A stretch of DNA of 64,000 nucleotides from Mustelus asterias (GCF_964213995.1 NC_135803.1:60760001-60824000); one strand, 5' to 3'. Numbered from the stretch's first letter, positions 51,670 through 63,305 are shown. Notes: generated by a model not told the origin, from the letters alone. Numbers and translations: made by a program.

Positions 51670-52539
51670 AATGAGAGTAGACCTGTATCTGTACTGAGCT
51701 TGTCTGTATATAGTTTTAGCTTTCCATCAATAAATCGCCATTGTGATTCAAGTCTTCCTCATCCTGATCCCTAATGCTACAGTACTCGTCTCTAAATGTG
51801 CAGTAACTTTCTCTAGCTTTCTTACTGCAGTCTCTCCAACAAATTCTTCCCATTTGAACAAAATGAATACATTGAGTGAGCAATACATTGATGCAATAAT
51901 ACAGGCACATCATTCTGAAGTACTCAAATTACCAGCTTAATTAGCTATTTTGCATGAATTGAGCATTTCAGTACTTGAACTAAGATCCATCACACAGAAA
52001 TTTTCTAACGACTATGCTACTTTCATGACATTATTGGTCACCCTCAACGTTGTTGCAACTGTCATTGGGTTTACCACCAGCAATATGTTCAGAGCATTGA
52101 TATAAAATATTTCATTCATTAAAATTAATTACATTTTAATCAATCGCTTTTTAAAGGATAATTCTCAGAGTTTGAAAATTGTGCATCTCATTATATTACA
52201 GTTAGGTTAGGTGAATTGGCCATGCTAAATTCGCCCTCAGTGTACCCGAGCAGGCGCCAGAGTGTGGTGACTGGGGGATTTTCACAGTAACGTCATTGCA
52301 GTGAGTGTGATAACAAGCTCTTACATCCTCTTGTACAGTGTGTTTGTAAACCTTTACTTTTGATCACTTTTGTTCAACGACTTAAAGCTTTCAAAAATTA
52401 CTAGATCCACATTTCTAAAGAAACTGCTTTGATAAACCTGGATTGGCCGCACCAAGGTCTACTGAGTTAGCCAAATCCTGAAGGGTATAACTGTCAGTCT
52501 GGGCTTGCAAGATGCACGAAGGAGTCCAACACGACAGAA

Positions 52540-53110
52540 AACTTAACTTGATTCTATCCCCACCATCCGACCTGTTGCAGTAATATCTGACCCAATAGGT
52601 TGGTAGGAGTAACCACCACCTGTGGAGATGAGGTCCTGTACTATAATGGAGGACATTATTGTATTATGTGGCACTACCATCATACTGGATGGGATAAATT
52701 CAGAAAGTTACAGCAACTCAACTACTCATGAGGTGCTGTCGGCCATCAGCAGCCATAGAATTGTATTCAACTGTAATCTTCAACCTTATGGCCGGGTATA
52801 TTCCTCACTCTAGCATTAAGATCAAACCTGGTGACCAGGCCTGGTTCATTGAGGACTGTAGAAGAACTTGCCAGTCGTAAGATCAGGCATACCCATTGAA
52901 ACTACAACACAGGGCATGCGAACAGTGGAAGCAGCATGCTAGAGACAGAGTTTTGTCTACCCGCGACCAACTGATCAGTTCAAAGCTCTGTGATCCTTCC
53001 ATATCCAGTTGTGAATGTCAGGGGACAATAAAAAAACTAACCAGAGGAGGAGGTTCCATAAACAGCCCTATCCTCAATGACGGGGGAGACCAACAAGTGA
53101 ATACAAATGA
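52540..53110 (+). mobile_element. Decayed fragment of the LINE family at 45984-48690
   Basis: ggccatcagcagc.atagaattgt and ggaggaggttcc...cctcaatga are shared with 46765-47125. Confidence 0.65.
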
Positions 53111-54475
53111 CTACCACAGACATGAATGTGGTACATTTTGAAGATTCTTCATCTAACAGGATCTGCCAGAACCTGCAGTTTGCATCCAGGATGCTGAAAA
53201 CCTTAGTATTTTGCACGTCTACTATCACCTGTTCCACTGTTTTCATAGGATGATGAGGTCTGAGCTGTTCTTTGTTCAAGTGCACCAGATCAATGTAAAT
53301 TCTGACCTTGCCTTCTTTCTTTACTACAGCCACCATCGCTGAAATCCATTCTGTGGCCTCGTCTGTGGGAGTCATGGCACCTAGTTTTGTCACCCAATGC
53401 AGCTCATTGACTATTTTCTGCTTTGTTGCTATTGTTACTCTTCTTGGTGCACAAACTGTTGGTGGGACTAAGTTATAGGAACATAGAAACATTGAAGATA
53501 GAAGCAGGAGGAGGCCACTTGGCTCTTCAGTGCATGGTGCATACTCCCCTCTCCCAGTTTACAGCCATTCAGGTAGTAATCTACCTTCTCGTTTTTGCTT
53601 CCAAAGTGAATAACCTCACACTTATCCAAATTATACTGCATCTGCCATTGATTAGCCCACTCACCCAACTTGTCCAGATCATGCTGAAGAATTTCTGCAT
53701 CCTCATCACAGTTCACCCTCCCACCCAACTTAGTATCGTCTGCAAATTTTGAACTGTTCCGTCATCCAAATCATTAATATATATTGTGAATAGCTGCGGT
53801 CCCAGCACCGATCCCTGTGGCACATCACTAGTTATGCCTGTCAATTTGAAAAGCACCAATTAATTTTTTTTACTCTTTGGGCCCGATTTTACCAAAATTT
53901 CCGGGCGCGAACTCGCGGTAAAGTTGGGCGTCGGGCCTAAAACGTGATCTGCACCCGACTCATGGCAGATCGCGTCTTTACCAAGCCCCAATCCAGGCGC
54001 GGATCTGGCGCGCGCCAGAATCGGCTGGCGCGACGATTTAAATGCATTTGCATGTATTTAAATTGACTTAATGAAGCTCGCGCCCAACTTTTCCGATGAA
54101 TCCGACTTTACCAGGTTGCGGCCCATTTCGTGTCCGCGCATTAAATGACCTGCTAAATAAAAGTCCGAATGGGACTCCAATTCAGCAGGGGAACCGCCGA
54201 AGCAAATCCCCCCCGACCATCTTTCGCGGACCCCCCTCACGAACCACCCCAGCAGCCCAACCCCCCCGCTCCCCCTCAATTGGACCACCCTGGGAGGCAG
54301 GCCCCGCCGGCAGATCCCCCCCCCCCCCCCGCCCCGGGGATCTGACCCCCTGGGAGGCACACCCCCGAACTAGCTTGATCGCTGGTCTTCCTCCACCATC
54401 CTTCCGATCTGCAGTCCGCCGACAGCCTCCTGCACGTTCCTGGCCTTGCTCTGCCTTTCCCGGGGGGGGGGGCAG

Positions 54476-55140
54476 ATGGAGAAGGGGAGTGACGTGTCTG
54501 CCCCGGGGGGGGGGGGAATGGAGAAGGGGAGTGATGTGTCTGCCCCTGGGGGGGGGGGAGGGGGGGCGGGGGTGGGTGGGCGGGGGGGGGGGATGGAGAA
54601 GGGGAGTGATGTGTCTGCCCCGGGGGGGGTGTGGAATGGAGAAGGGGAGTGCTGTGTCTGCCCCTGGGGGGGGGGGGGGGGGGGCGGAGGGGGGGATGGA
54701 GAAGGGGAGTGACGTGTCTGCCACGGGGGGGGGTGGGGGGGATGGGGATGGAAAAGGGGAGTGACGTGTCTTTCCCTGGAGGGGGCGGGATGGAGAAGGG
54801 GAGTGATGTGTCTCCTCTGGGCCGGAGGGGGGGGGGGTGTGTGTGGGGAGCGGAATGGAGAAGGGGAGTGATGTGTCTCCCCTGGGGGTGGGGGGGAATG
54901 GAGAAGGGGAGTGACGTGTCTTCCCCTGGGGGGGGGGGGGGGGGGGAGGAGGGCGCTGCCAGTCTGCGGCCGATCCCTCCTCCCCACTGGAGGAGGGATC
55001 AGAGGAGGGATCCCCCCCCCCCCAGGGGCAGACAAGTCACTCCCCTCCTCCATTCCCCCCCACCCCCAGGGGAGACACGTCACTCCCCTTCTCCATCCCC
55101 CCTCTCCCCCAGGGGAGACACGTCACTCCCCTTCTCCATC
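54476..55140. repeat. G-rich minisatellite (core atggagaaggggagtgaYgtgtct plus poly-G spacer): 9 forward and 3 inverted copies
   Basis: Forward units near 54476, 54518, 54593, 54636, 54696, 54748, 54790, 54855, 54898; inverted units near 55025, 55069, 55112. Confidence 0.92.
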
Positions 55141-55190
55141 TACCCCCTGCCCCCCCCCTCCTCCTCCCCCCCCCCCCCCCCCCCCCCAGG

Positions 55191-55444
55191 GAAAGGCAAA
55201 GCAGCTCAGACAGCAGAGAGGATGAAAGGAATTCCCTTTGGAGGATAATGTCCAAATCACAGGAACTAAAAACCTGACAGTCCAAAATCTGGGATAATAT
55301 TTCAAAATGTATATCCCCCCATCCCTGTTCTGTAATATTATCCCAGATTTTGGACTGTCAGGTTTTTAGTTCCTGTGATTTGGACATTATCCTCCAAAGG
55401 GAATTCCTTTCATCCTCTCTGCTGTCTGAGCTGCTTTGCCTTTC
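55191..55444. repeat. Perfect 111-bp inverted repeat with 32-nt spacer
   Basis: 55191-55301 is the exact reverse complement of 55334-55444 by base-by-base comparison. Confidence 0.97.
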
Positions 55445-57802
55445 GCGCCTGGGCGCACTGCCTGCGGTTTGTTCCGAACTGCGCATGTGCAGCTGGAGCT
55501 CCGGCCGCTCCAACGGCGCTAAGCCCCGCCCAACAGACCGGTGCCGAAAAAAGGCATATGGGCGCTTTGGAGCGCGGCTGCTGGGCGCGGATCCGCTTGA
55601 CGACCAGACCCGGCACTTCGTCCCGATTTGGTAAAATCGGCCCCTTTGTTTCCTCTCTGCCAACCAGTTTTCTATCCATCTCAATACACTTCCTCCAATC
55701 CCATGCACTTTAATCTTGCATGATAATCTCTTGTGTGGGACTTTGTCAAACGCTTTCTGAAAGTCCAAATATACCACATTGGCACATTCCCCCATGTCAA
55801 TCCTACTAGTTACATCTTCAAAAGATTCCAACAGATTTGTCAAGCATGATTTCCCCTTCATAAATCCATGCTGCCTCTGTCTGATCCTGCCACTGCTTTC
55901 TAAATGCTCTGCTAAAAAGTCCTTGATAATGGATTATCTAGTCTCATGTGGTATATTACTGGTAGCTCACCAATTATATCACAGTTGAAGAGGTCTTTGT
56001 ACCTATTATTTCTGGTGTTTGGTGTTGTAAAGCATATACGTCTGGACCAAGTTGGGTGAGCCCCAATGTAATGCTGTCCCATAGGCATAACGGTAGCCTT
56101 ACAGCCTGGTCACCTACATGAAACTTGAAACTGTCCTGTGTGCAGTGGAGAGTGGCTGCACCTTCTGTGTGGGTGGTTTGTCCACCATAAGCCATGAGCC
56201 CCACTTGGGTATTGCTGCATATGGGTTTAGTTCCCGTCACATTTAGTGGGCAATATGTTACAAATTGTTCCAGTGTCAATCTGTATCTTCAGTCTTGCAT
56301 TACTGCAATCATGTTGAGGGTGGTGAAGGTCTCATTTTCCATGAGAGTGTTGACACTCTCACAATTGAGTGTTGTTAGAGGCTCTGTGGTTTCACTGCTT
56401 TGGCTGATCTCCAATTCATTCACCTTGCTGATGCTCCTACCACTGAAGGGCTGACAGGCTGCCATGTAGCCGATTGTAGAAGGAGGCTGCTGTGGTTTCA
56501 ATCTCCAGCCAATCTATTTGCCATTTTGCAAAATGAATCCACTTGCTATATTTTTTGCAGCATTTACCATGCACAAAACATGTTGTTCTGTTTTGACGGT
56601 GATGGCAACTGTCATTGGAGTAGGGCATGCCCTGGACCATGAAAGTTCTGTTTCCATCTAAAATCTCTGCTACTATTTTCTGATTGTTCATTTAATATAT
56701 AGATGTTAATGGTTGTTTGTAGGGTTAAATCTTTCTCTTGCAGCAACTGCTTACAGACAAGATCACTGTGAATCCCGCAGACTATTCGATCCCCGATTAA
56801 CTCATCAGTAACGTGTCAAATGCATATGTCTTTGCCAAGGTGGCCGTATAAGATTCTTCTTTGTTCTTTTTTGGATTAAATGCGTACCTGTTGAGTATTA
56901 TATTTTTCATCAGATGAAAAATGTTCTCAAACTTTCCCAGAGTGATTTTGGGGTCCTCTTTCTCCTTCTTCATTTGGAAAATAAACAACTCAAATTTCTC
57001 GACGCCCTTGGGACATGCTAAGTTTAATCGGGTGTAAGCTTTTGAACTTGTCAGAAAATGCAACACCACAGTAAATATGCTACTGCTTCTCAAACTTCTC
57101 CCAACTGTTTGCCATGTTTTCGAAGACGAGTGGGTCGATGCGGCAAAATCCCTTGTGCCATATTGCCAACTCCTGATACCATGTAAATGCATTGAGCTCC
57201 TTAAACACTGACAACAAGGACTTGTAATAAATAATACTTTATTCACTAGCTGAGTCCATGTTGCTATTCAGCCCACGCTCCCAGAGAAATCTCCCACACT
57301 CCCGTCACGTGACCCTTTTAGTGGACACGTCATCATGTGGCCACTCAATCTGCACTGTCCCATGAATCTCTTTTACCTGAAGCCTGCATTGTGAAGATTC
57401 CTGAGTATTTGCACTCAGAAAGAGGCAGGTATAAAGCAAATACCCAATGTAATGGACCAAGGAAATTCAGGCACACATCTTACACCTATAAATTTTGGGT
57501 GCAGCCGGAAATATTCTTTTTCTTTCTGGTGTGTATTTTTTTAAGGTATCCTCACTGAGAACTGCAGTATATTTTCTGCATTTTTAGAATATATCTGTAT
57601 GGCATCAGTATGAGTTACGTTGAAAATTGAAAAGCTTCCCCAATTGCATATATTTAAACCTGCTCTGCTTAATGTGGCTGAATGAAGATGGCCTGAAGCT
57701 TGCATTTTCATAGTTAAAGAGGGAACATGTGGCATAAGTTCTGTACTCTCCGAGAGTACAATTGTTTATCGTGATTTCTAATTGCTTATGCTGAATTATA
57801 GG

Positions 57803-58071
57803 TGTGATAACTCCCAGGACGTGCATGGGGAAATCACTGATAGACCTCCCTGTTGGACTCATTGAATACGAGCTCCTTGGGGATTGGTAATTAACTCACC
57901 AGTTGGAACTTGTATACTGGGCACTGTATAAAGCAGGCCCCTGAGTGGGGCCGTTATTGCAATTGTCCCGGTTGGGACATTTTGTGTTCACCGCAGGCTC
58001 GTGGTTTTGCTTTACATTATTTTGTGCAATAAAGCACCATTCCTTGATAACTGACTCCAGGAGTTATTATA
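57803..58071 (+). mobile_element. Solo LTR (269 bp)
   Basis: Terminal inverted ends tgtgataactcc ... ggagttattata, flanks atagg/gtagg, TATAAA 57927, AATAAA 58028. Confidence 0.8.
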
Positions 58072-58959
58072 GTAGGTACCTGAATATGCCAATGAAATTG
58101 GCAAAAAGCACAGGTGTAAATTGCCATTGACAAAATGGGTGTACAAATAGGCATAATTTAGGATTTAGCTTCCTACTCATGTCTCCAAACTAAGTTCCAT
58201 CTTGTAGCTGTTCTTGACTCAATTTGTATCACTGCACAGGAAATCAAATAGCATCTTTTATTCTTTTGCAATGAATACCTCTTCTGAAGACACAATTCCA
58301 TAGATCACCTTGTAACAGGTTTTAGGCAAGCTCTTTGCATTACTTTTCCAAATCAAGAGATTGTGAATTTAAAAAGCACTGAAAAATGAATGAATTCAGC
58401 AATTAGTTGGTTGGCTCTGGAACACTCAGAGAGTCGCAGAGCTGAATTTTCACCACAAAGAAGGGAAACATGAGCTGGGTTTGTTTGCTGGTCAGAAACC
58501 CACCCTGGTGGAAAACTGATCATAATGATACACTTTCAGAGACTTTATTAATGAACCACAAAGGATTTACTTGCAGGGATCTTCAAGAGCAGCAGCATAT
58601 GTGCAGCTAGTTCTGGAATGTTACCTGCATAAGAAAACTCTTCTGCCTTGGGGAGGTTCCACGCATTGAGTCCCCTTTCATCACCCAGGTCAGGTGACCC
58701 TTACGCAGCTGTGTTGCCCTTAAAGGGACAATCACCCGTAAGAGTCTCTCCTGCTCTTACTACATGCCTTTGGGGTGTTGTAAGGATTTTGCAGGTTGAT
58801 ACCTTTAACAGAGTTCTTCATGAGTCTCAGTGCCTTCCCAAAAATTACCATGCTGGGAATGGCATCCTCAGACTCAGGATCCAGGTGCAGCTGGTACTTT
58901 CAGAATTCTCCCAACCCCTTCCTTCCATTCCTGGCCTGTGGAGGAGCAAAGTCCAGCCA

Positions 58960-59190
58960 ATAGAGTCATTGCAGTAGAGAAAGAGGCCATTCACCCCATC
59001 AAGTCTATGCTGGTTCTCTGTAGAGCAATCCAGCCGGTATCATTCCTCTGCAAGTTTATTTCCCTCAAGTGCCCATTCAATTTCCTTTTGAAATCATTGA
59101 TCATCTCTGCTTCTGCCAGGCAGCGAGTTCCAGGTCATTACCACTCGCTGCGTTAAAAAAAGCTTTTCTTCACATCCCCCTGCATCTCTT
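58960..59190 (-). mobile_element. Old CR1 3' tail
   Basis: KLFLTQRVVMTWNSLP; gacttgatggggtgaatggcctc tail. Confidence 0.75.
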
Positions 59191-59444
59191 GTGTAGCATT
59201 TCATTGTAGATTCTGTTATTGCTGAATACTTTGGCTGTTGAGTGAAGGATTTGCTTATTTGTTCTATTTTGAAGGGATTTTTTTCTTTCCTCCTTAATAT
59301 TTTCAAGTCATTACGTTGCCTAGCAAGACACTGCTAGTTTGCCACCAGGTTTTCATTAACTTTGCTTTTGAAGCAGCCAAAGTTAATTTCATTTGTAAGA
59401 ACAACTAGATTGAATTGACTGCTGCGTTTTCTCATTTCCTCCAG

Positions 59445-59466
59445 AGTTATACATTGCCTCCACATG
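59445..59466 (+). other. Candidate 22-nt microexon of an unidentified host transcript
   Basis: ttgac...gcgttttctcatttcctccag|AGTTATACATTGCCTCCACATG|gtgagt inside a stretch with no recognisable repeats. Confidence 0.35.
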
Positions 59467-60457
59467 GTGAGTTCTAAAGCACACAGCTCAGAACGGTGAC
59501 CGACGACCTGATGTGAAAAATGTCTTTTTAACCGAACAATGTGCAAAGCATCAACAAGCTGCACCATCTTAAACTGAGAATTTACAGCATTTGATTGTAA
59601 TTTGAAATATTTTGCACTTGTCCCGAGCACAAGTGCTGAAAACCTCATGGCATCAGATCCAATATCTGAGGTACAGGGCAATTAAAATGAATACTATTTT
59701 CTCAACCATATGCCTCTAGGCACAATATTAAAGATGTGTTTGTTTCAAATACAGGGATTCACGGTGTAAGACTTTGATGCCTGAATGATTTGAGATTTTA
59801 ATGAGTAATACTTTGTGCAATTGTCGTTGGAATCATAAATCAGAATGTTTAAAATAAAATACTTGTACAGGATGAGAGAAAAAGTACAGTGAAAAATACA
59901 TGAAAAGTTAATTTAACTGTGTTCAAGCATATTTTAGTGAATTTATATTCACTGCTTGGTCCAATGGTTCTGCATTGTTGATTGGTGTCATGGACTGAAG
60001 AGTTTTTACTTTCTCCCTTGACATCAGATAGCATGAATAAATCTCAAGTGTCTGGAATATTAAGAAAGATTTCTTTCATATTCTGATTTCATCCTGCAGG
60101 CTTTGACCAGAAAACTAAAATCTGAAACTCCTCGTGCAGATAGTGCAGAAAATATTAATGTTACCTGCTTATGTATTTTCCAATTATCTTTAGAAAATAT
60201 ATTTTTGTCTTCTGCTCTGTTTTATCTTTCACAATGGAAAGAATGGGTGGAAGAAACAAAGAGTAATACATAAGGATAAAATCATAGGCATGCATGCAGC
60301 GAACAATTGCCTTTTATCTTTTATTGATACATCATTCCATTGCAGTACTTTTGGTTTTTTACACCCTTTCCATCCCCAGCTGTGAGGTCTCTTTGCTGGG
60401 ATATAATATCACAGCTGCCACTGTCTCATCCAAACACCCGTTCTTTATCTGAAAACC

Positions 60458-60910
60458 TTAGAACATAAGAACATAAGAAATAGGAGCAAGAGTAGGCCAT
60501 CTAGCCCTTCTAGCCTGCTCCGCCATTCAATAAGATCATGGCTGATCTTTTCATGGACTCAACTCCAAATACCTGCCCGTTCACCATAACCCTTAATTCC
60601 TTCACTGTTCAAACATTTATCTATCTTTGCCTTAAAAAACATTCAATGAGGTAGCCTCAACTGCTGCACTAGGCAGGGAATTCCACAGATTCACAATCCT
60701 TTGGGTGAAGAAGTTCCTCCTCAATTCAGTCTTAAACCTGCTCCCCATTATTTTGAGGCCATGCCCCCTAGTTCTAGTTTCACCTGCCAGTGGAAACAAC
60801 TTCCCTGCTTCTATCTTATCTATTCTCTTCATAATCTTATATGCTTCTATAAGATCTCCCCTCATTCTTCTGAACTCCAATGAGTATAGCCCCAGTCTAC
60901 TCAGTCTCTC
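60458..60910 (-). mobile_element. CR1 3' fragment
   Basis: EFRRMRGDLIEAYKIM...RRNFFTQRIVNLWNSLP; (ttcttatg)n tail. Confidence 0.92.
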
Positions 60911-60914
60911 TGGA

Positions 60915-62430
60915 ACCTTGAAGGGTTCTGTAAGTGATTAAGCCATAGAGGATATCCTAGACACATCCAGGCTTGTGTTCTTCAACCTATGCACAAACTC
61001 ATCCCACACCAACAAAAACTTACATTCTTACAACCTTTTTTTTAGAAAAAGCCTCCCATAGCAAATGTACCTTTCGAAAAGGGTTTGCAGCAGTCCCTGG
61101 AAGGATCATGGGATATGCTGCAGGTAGACTTGGGACTTGGTTTTCCTGAATGCAGCTGGCGATGTTCATGGGAGTCAGATTTCCAGAGGTTAAATGATCC
61201 AGAAACCTATCATAAGGCAGGTTCAAAACTCACACTCTTTACAAGCTAAAAGTCCACTGGTGTCACCATAGCTTTCCATGTCTGTGGATACATGTCCTTT
61301 AGAATTCGTTGGGGTTGTATATTGGCACATGCCTGGTGCCAATCTTGGCCAATAACCAATGGCTACCAACTTTCGTAGGTCAGATCATTCAAATCTTAAC
61401 ACTTCAGGCAGAGTGACGGCATCCATATTTTCCACCAAATTGACAGTGAGAAACCTGTATTCAACACTCTTACTCTTGTCATGCACATTATCATCGTTTT
61501 CTGGTTTGTGAATCACCTCACTTATATGTTTCTGACAAGTTTCTGGATTATCATTATTTTTGTTTGGAGGTATCTGTTGTTTACAGTCTGTTTGGTTCAG
61601 TGCATGGTTCTTTGTAGCTGCATCAGCCTTTACCCTCATTCTCTGCTGCTGCCAATGGCCCTTTCTGCCTCATGCTTTTTACAGAATTGATGGAAAGCTC
61701 GGTATTTCCTTGTGTTTGCAGAAGGCCACAGCTTCCATATGTCTTGTTAGATTTGGGAGTTATAGTAAGTGTGTCAACAATTGGGGTGGTACTTAGGACT
61801 TGTAAGCTTTGTCAACCTGCTTCATACATCTTTGAGTGGCTCGTCGATGCTATATGTTTTGGACTTGTCTAGCAGATTTTTTGGAATACTTCTCTGGGAG
61901 TGGATGCGAACACCAACTCAACAATGTGTTTGAAAAACTGCAGGATGTACTTGCCTTTATCTCTATATCTGCTGACAAAGTGGTCTACGGATTCTATATG
62001 GTCAAAATTACTTGAACTCGAGTCAATGAATCGAGGAGTTTAACCTGATTCTGAACCGGCTTTTTAACGTGGGTCCCTATCTTTCAGGGATACTTTGGCT
62101 CTTCTTCTGTTAATCCGGATGTGTCCAGCCTGTGTAGATTTTCATTCCCAATTAATTACTAGACAGATTTTTATGCTTGATTTTCTGGGTTCAGGCATAC
62201 CTGAATTAAAAAGCCTGTACACTGTTTTTAAACATTTTGGATTTGGATACGATCAGCTGCATCCTAATTTAAACAAGGGAATTTTGTGAACTTTCTGACA
62301 ATATCCCTTTGACCTTCCTTCTCTCATAGTACCTGGGATGAGTGTCGCTGTAGCAGCTTTTGCACGCTTTCCCAAATCTCCTCCGCCTGCTATAATTGCA
62401 ACCTTCTCTGTCCTAATTTTTACAATGATT
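60915..62430 (-). mobile_element. Decayed Gypsy-type gag-protease region
   Basis: Manual translation: ESVDHFVSRYRDKGKY...IVELVFASTP, LLDKSKTYSIDE, zinc-knuckle remnant (GSCGL...KGHWQQQ), LLAKIGT...RILKDMYP (decayed KIDTG). Confidence 0.6.
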
Positions 62431-62516
62431 TGGGGCTATTTTGCTTGACTCTCCCTCTCTCACTATCTATCCAGCCCACACCTTGCTCACTCGCCTTTCC
62501 TGGCTGAGTTAATCTA

Positions 62517-63305
62517 GTGCTGGACCTCTCAATGTGCATCCCACCCATTGAGCTGACAGGCTATGTCCTGCAATCTCACCACGAGGCAACATCCCACTTG
62601 CCAGTTCTTTATTTGAGGTACACGGTACACGATACCTACTCTTGCAACTCGGCCAACATTGTCTACCTGATACGCTGCAGGAAAGGATGTCCCGAGGCAT
62701 GGTACATTGGGGAAACCATGCAGGCGCTACGACAATAGATGAATGAACACCGCTCGACAATCACCGGCAAGACTGTTCTCTTTTGTGGGGGAGCACTTCA
62801 GCAGTCACGGGCATTCAGCCTTGGATCTTCAGGTGAGCATTCTCCAAGGCGGCCTTCACGACACACGACAGTGCAGAGTCGCTGAGCAGAAACTGATAGC
62901 CAAGTTCCGCACACATGAGGACAGCCTAAACCGGGATGTTGGATTTATGTCACATTATCAGTAACCCCCACAGCTTGCCTCCTGGGCTTGCAGAATCTCA
63001 CTAGCTGTTCTGTCTGGAGACAATACACATCTCTTTAACCTGTGTTTAATGCTCCCTCCACCCACATTGTCTGTACCTTTAAGACCTGGCTGGCTTTAGG
63101 GATTCGCATTCTAATCAGTATTCTGTAACTTGATGTTGTGTCTCTGTGCACTGTTTGAGAGCACATTTCCACTCCATCTGACGAAGGAGCAGCGCTCCAA
63201 AAGCTTATGGTATTTGCTACCAAATAAATCTGCTGGACTTTAACCTGGTGTGGTGAGAGTTCTTACTGTGTTCACCCCAGTCCAACGCCGGCATCTCCAC
63301 ATCAT
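62517..63305 (+). mobile_element. Penelope-like element 3' part: GIY-YIG endonuclease remnant plus pseudo-LTR
   Basis: SCNSANIVYLIRCRKGCPEAWYIGET...*MNEHR, VGEHFSSHGHS...EQKLIAKFRT...LNRD. Confidence 0.92.
63174..63210 (+). ncRNA. Penelope-type minimal hammerhead ribozyme, core GAAA changed to AAAA
   Basis: ccat-CTGACGA-a-ggagc-agc-gctcc-AAAA-gctt-atgg. Confidence 0.6.

Larger units (their letters stand above)
53879..55644. mobile_element. Young non-autonomous PIF/Harbinger-type TIR element (1766 bp) with internal minisatellite and palindromes
   Basis: TIRs gggcccgattttaccaaa / tttggtaaaatcggcccc, ttt on both sides, CR1 text tactc-ttt-gtttcc rejoins; CpG-rich. Confidence 0.88.
53477..55933 (-). 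mobile_element. Internally deleted CR1 fragment inserted in Gypsy pol (ttat at both junctions)
   Basis: KGKSCLTNLLESFEDV...YLDFQKAFDKV at 55650-55860, LQHDLDKLGEWANQWQM at 53540-53730, tail at 53477-53525. Confidence 0.88.
53111..57335 (-). mobile_element. Degenerate Gypsy: 5' LTR (about 57182-57335), PBS, gag, protease and RT start, split by a CR1 insertion
   Basis: PBS tggtatcaggag right after LTR ...tttaca; gag KNIILNRYAFN and DRIVCGIHSD; RT EWISAMVAVVKKEGKVRIYIDLVHLNK...FSILDANCRFWQI; reading YHMRLD/NLVPPTV rejoins across the insert. Confidence 0.85.

Noticed and set aside
54476-54930. CRISPR-like pattern of a constant ~25-nt repeat with variable spacers
   Set aside because: Spacers are poly-G runs rather than unique sequences, there are no cas genes, and the context is a vertebrate TE; it is a minisatellite.
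54058-55305. Long Gly/Pro-rich ORFs (up to 237 aa) in several frames
   Set aside because: Stop-poor by composition and open on both strands; no domain recognised.
59334-59681. 115-aa minus-strand ORF
   Set aside because: No recognisable domain; splice signals favour a plus-strand microexon instead.
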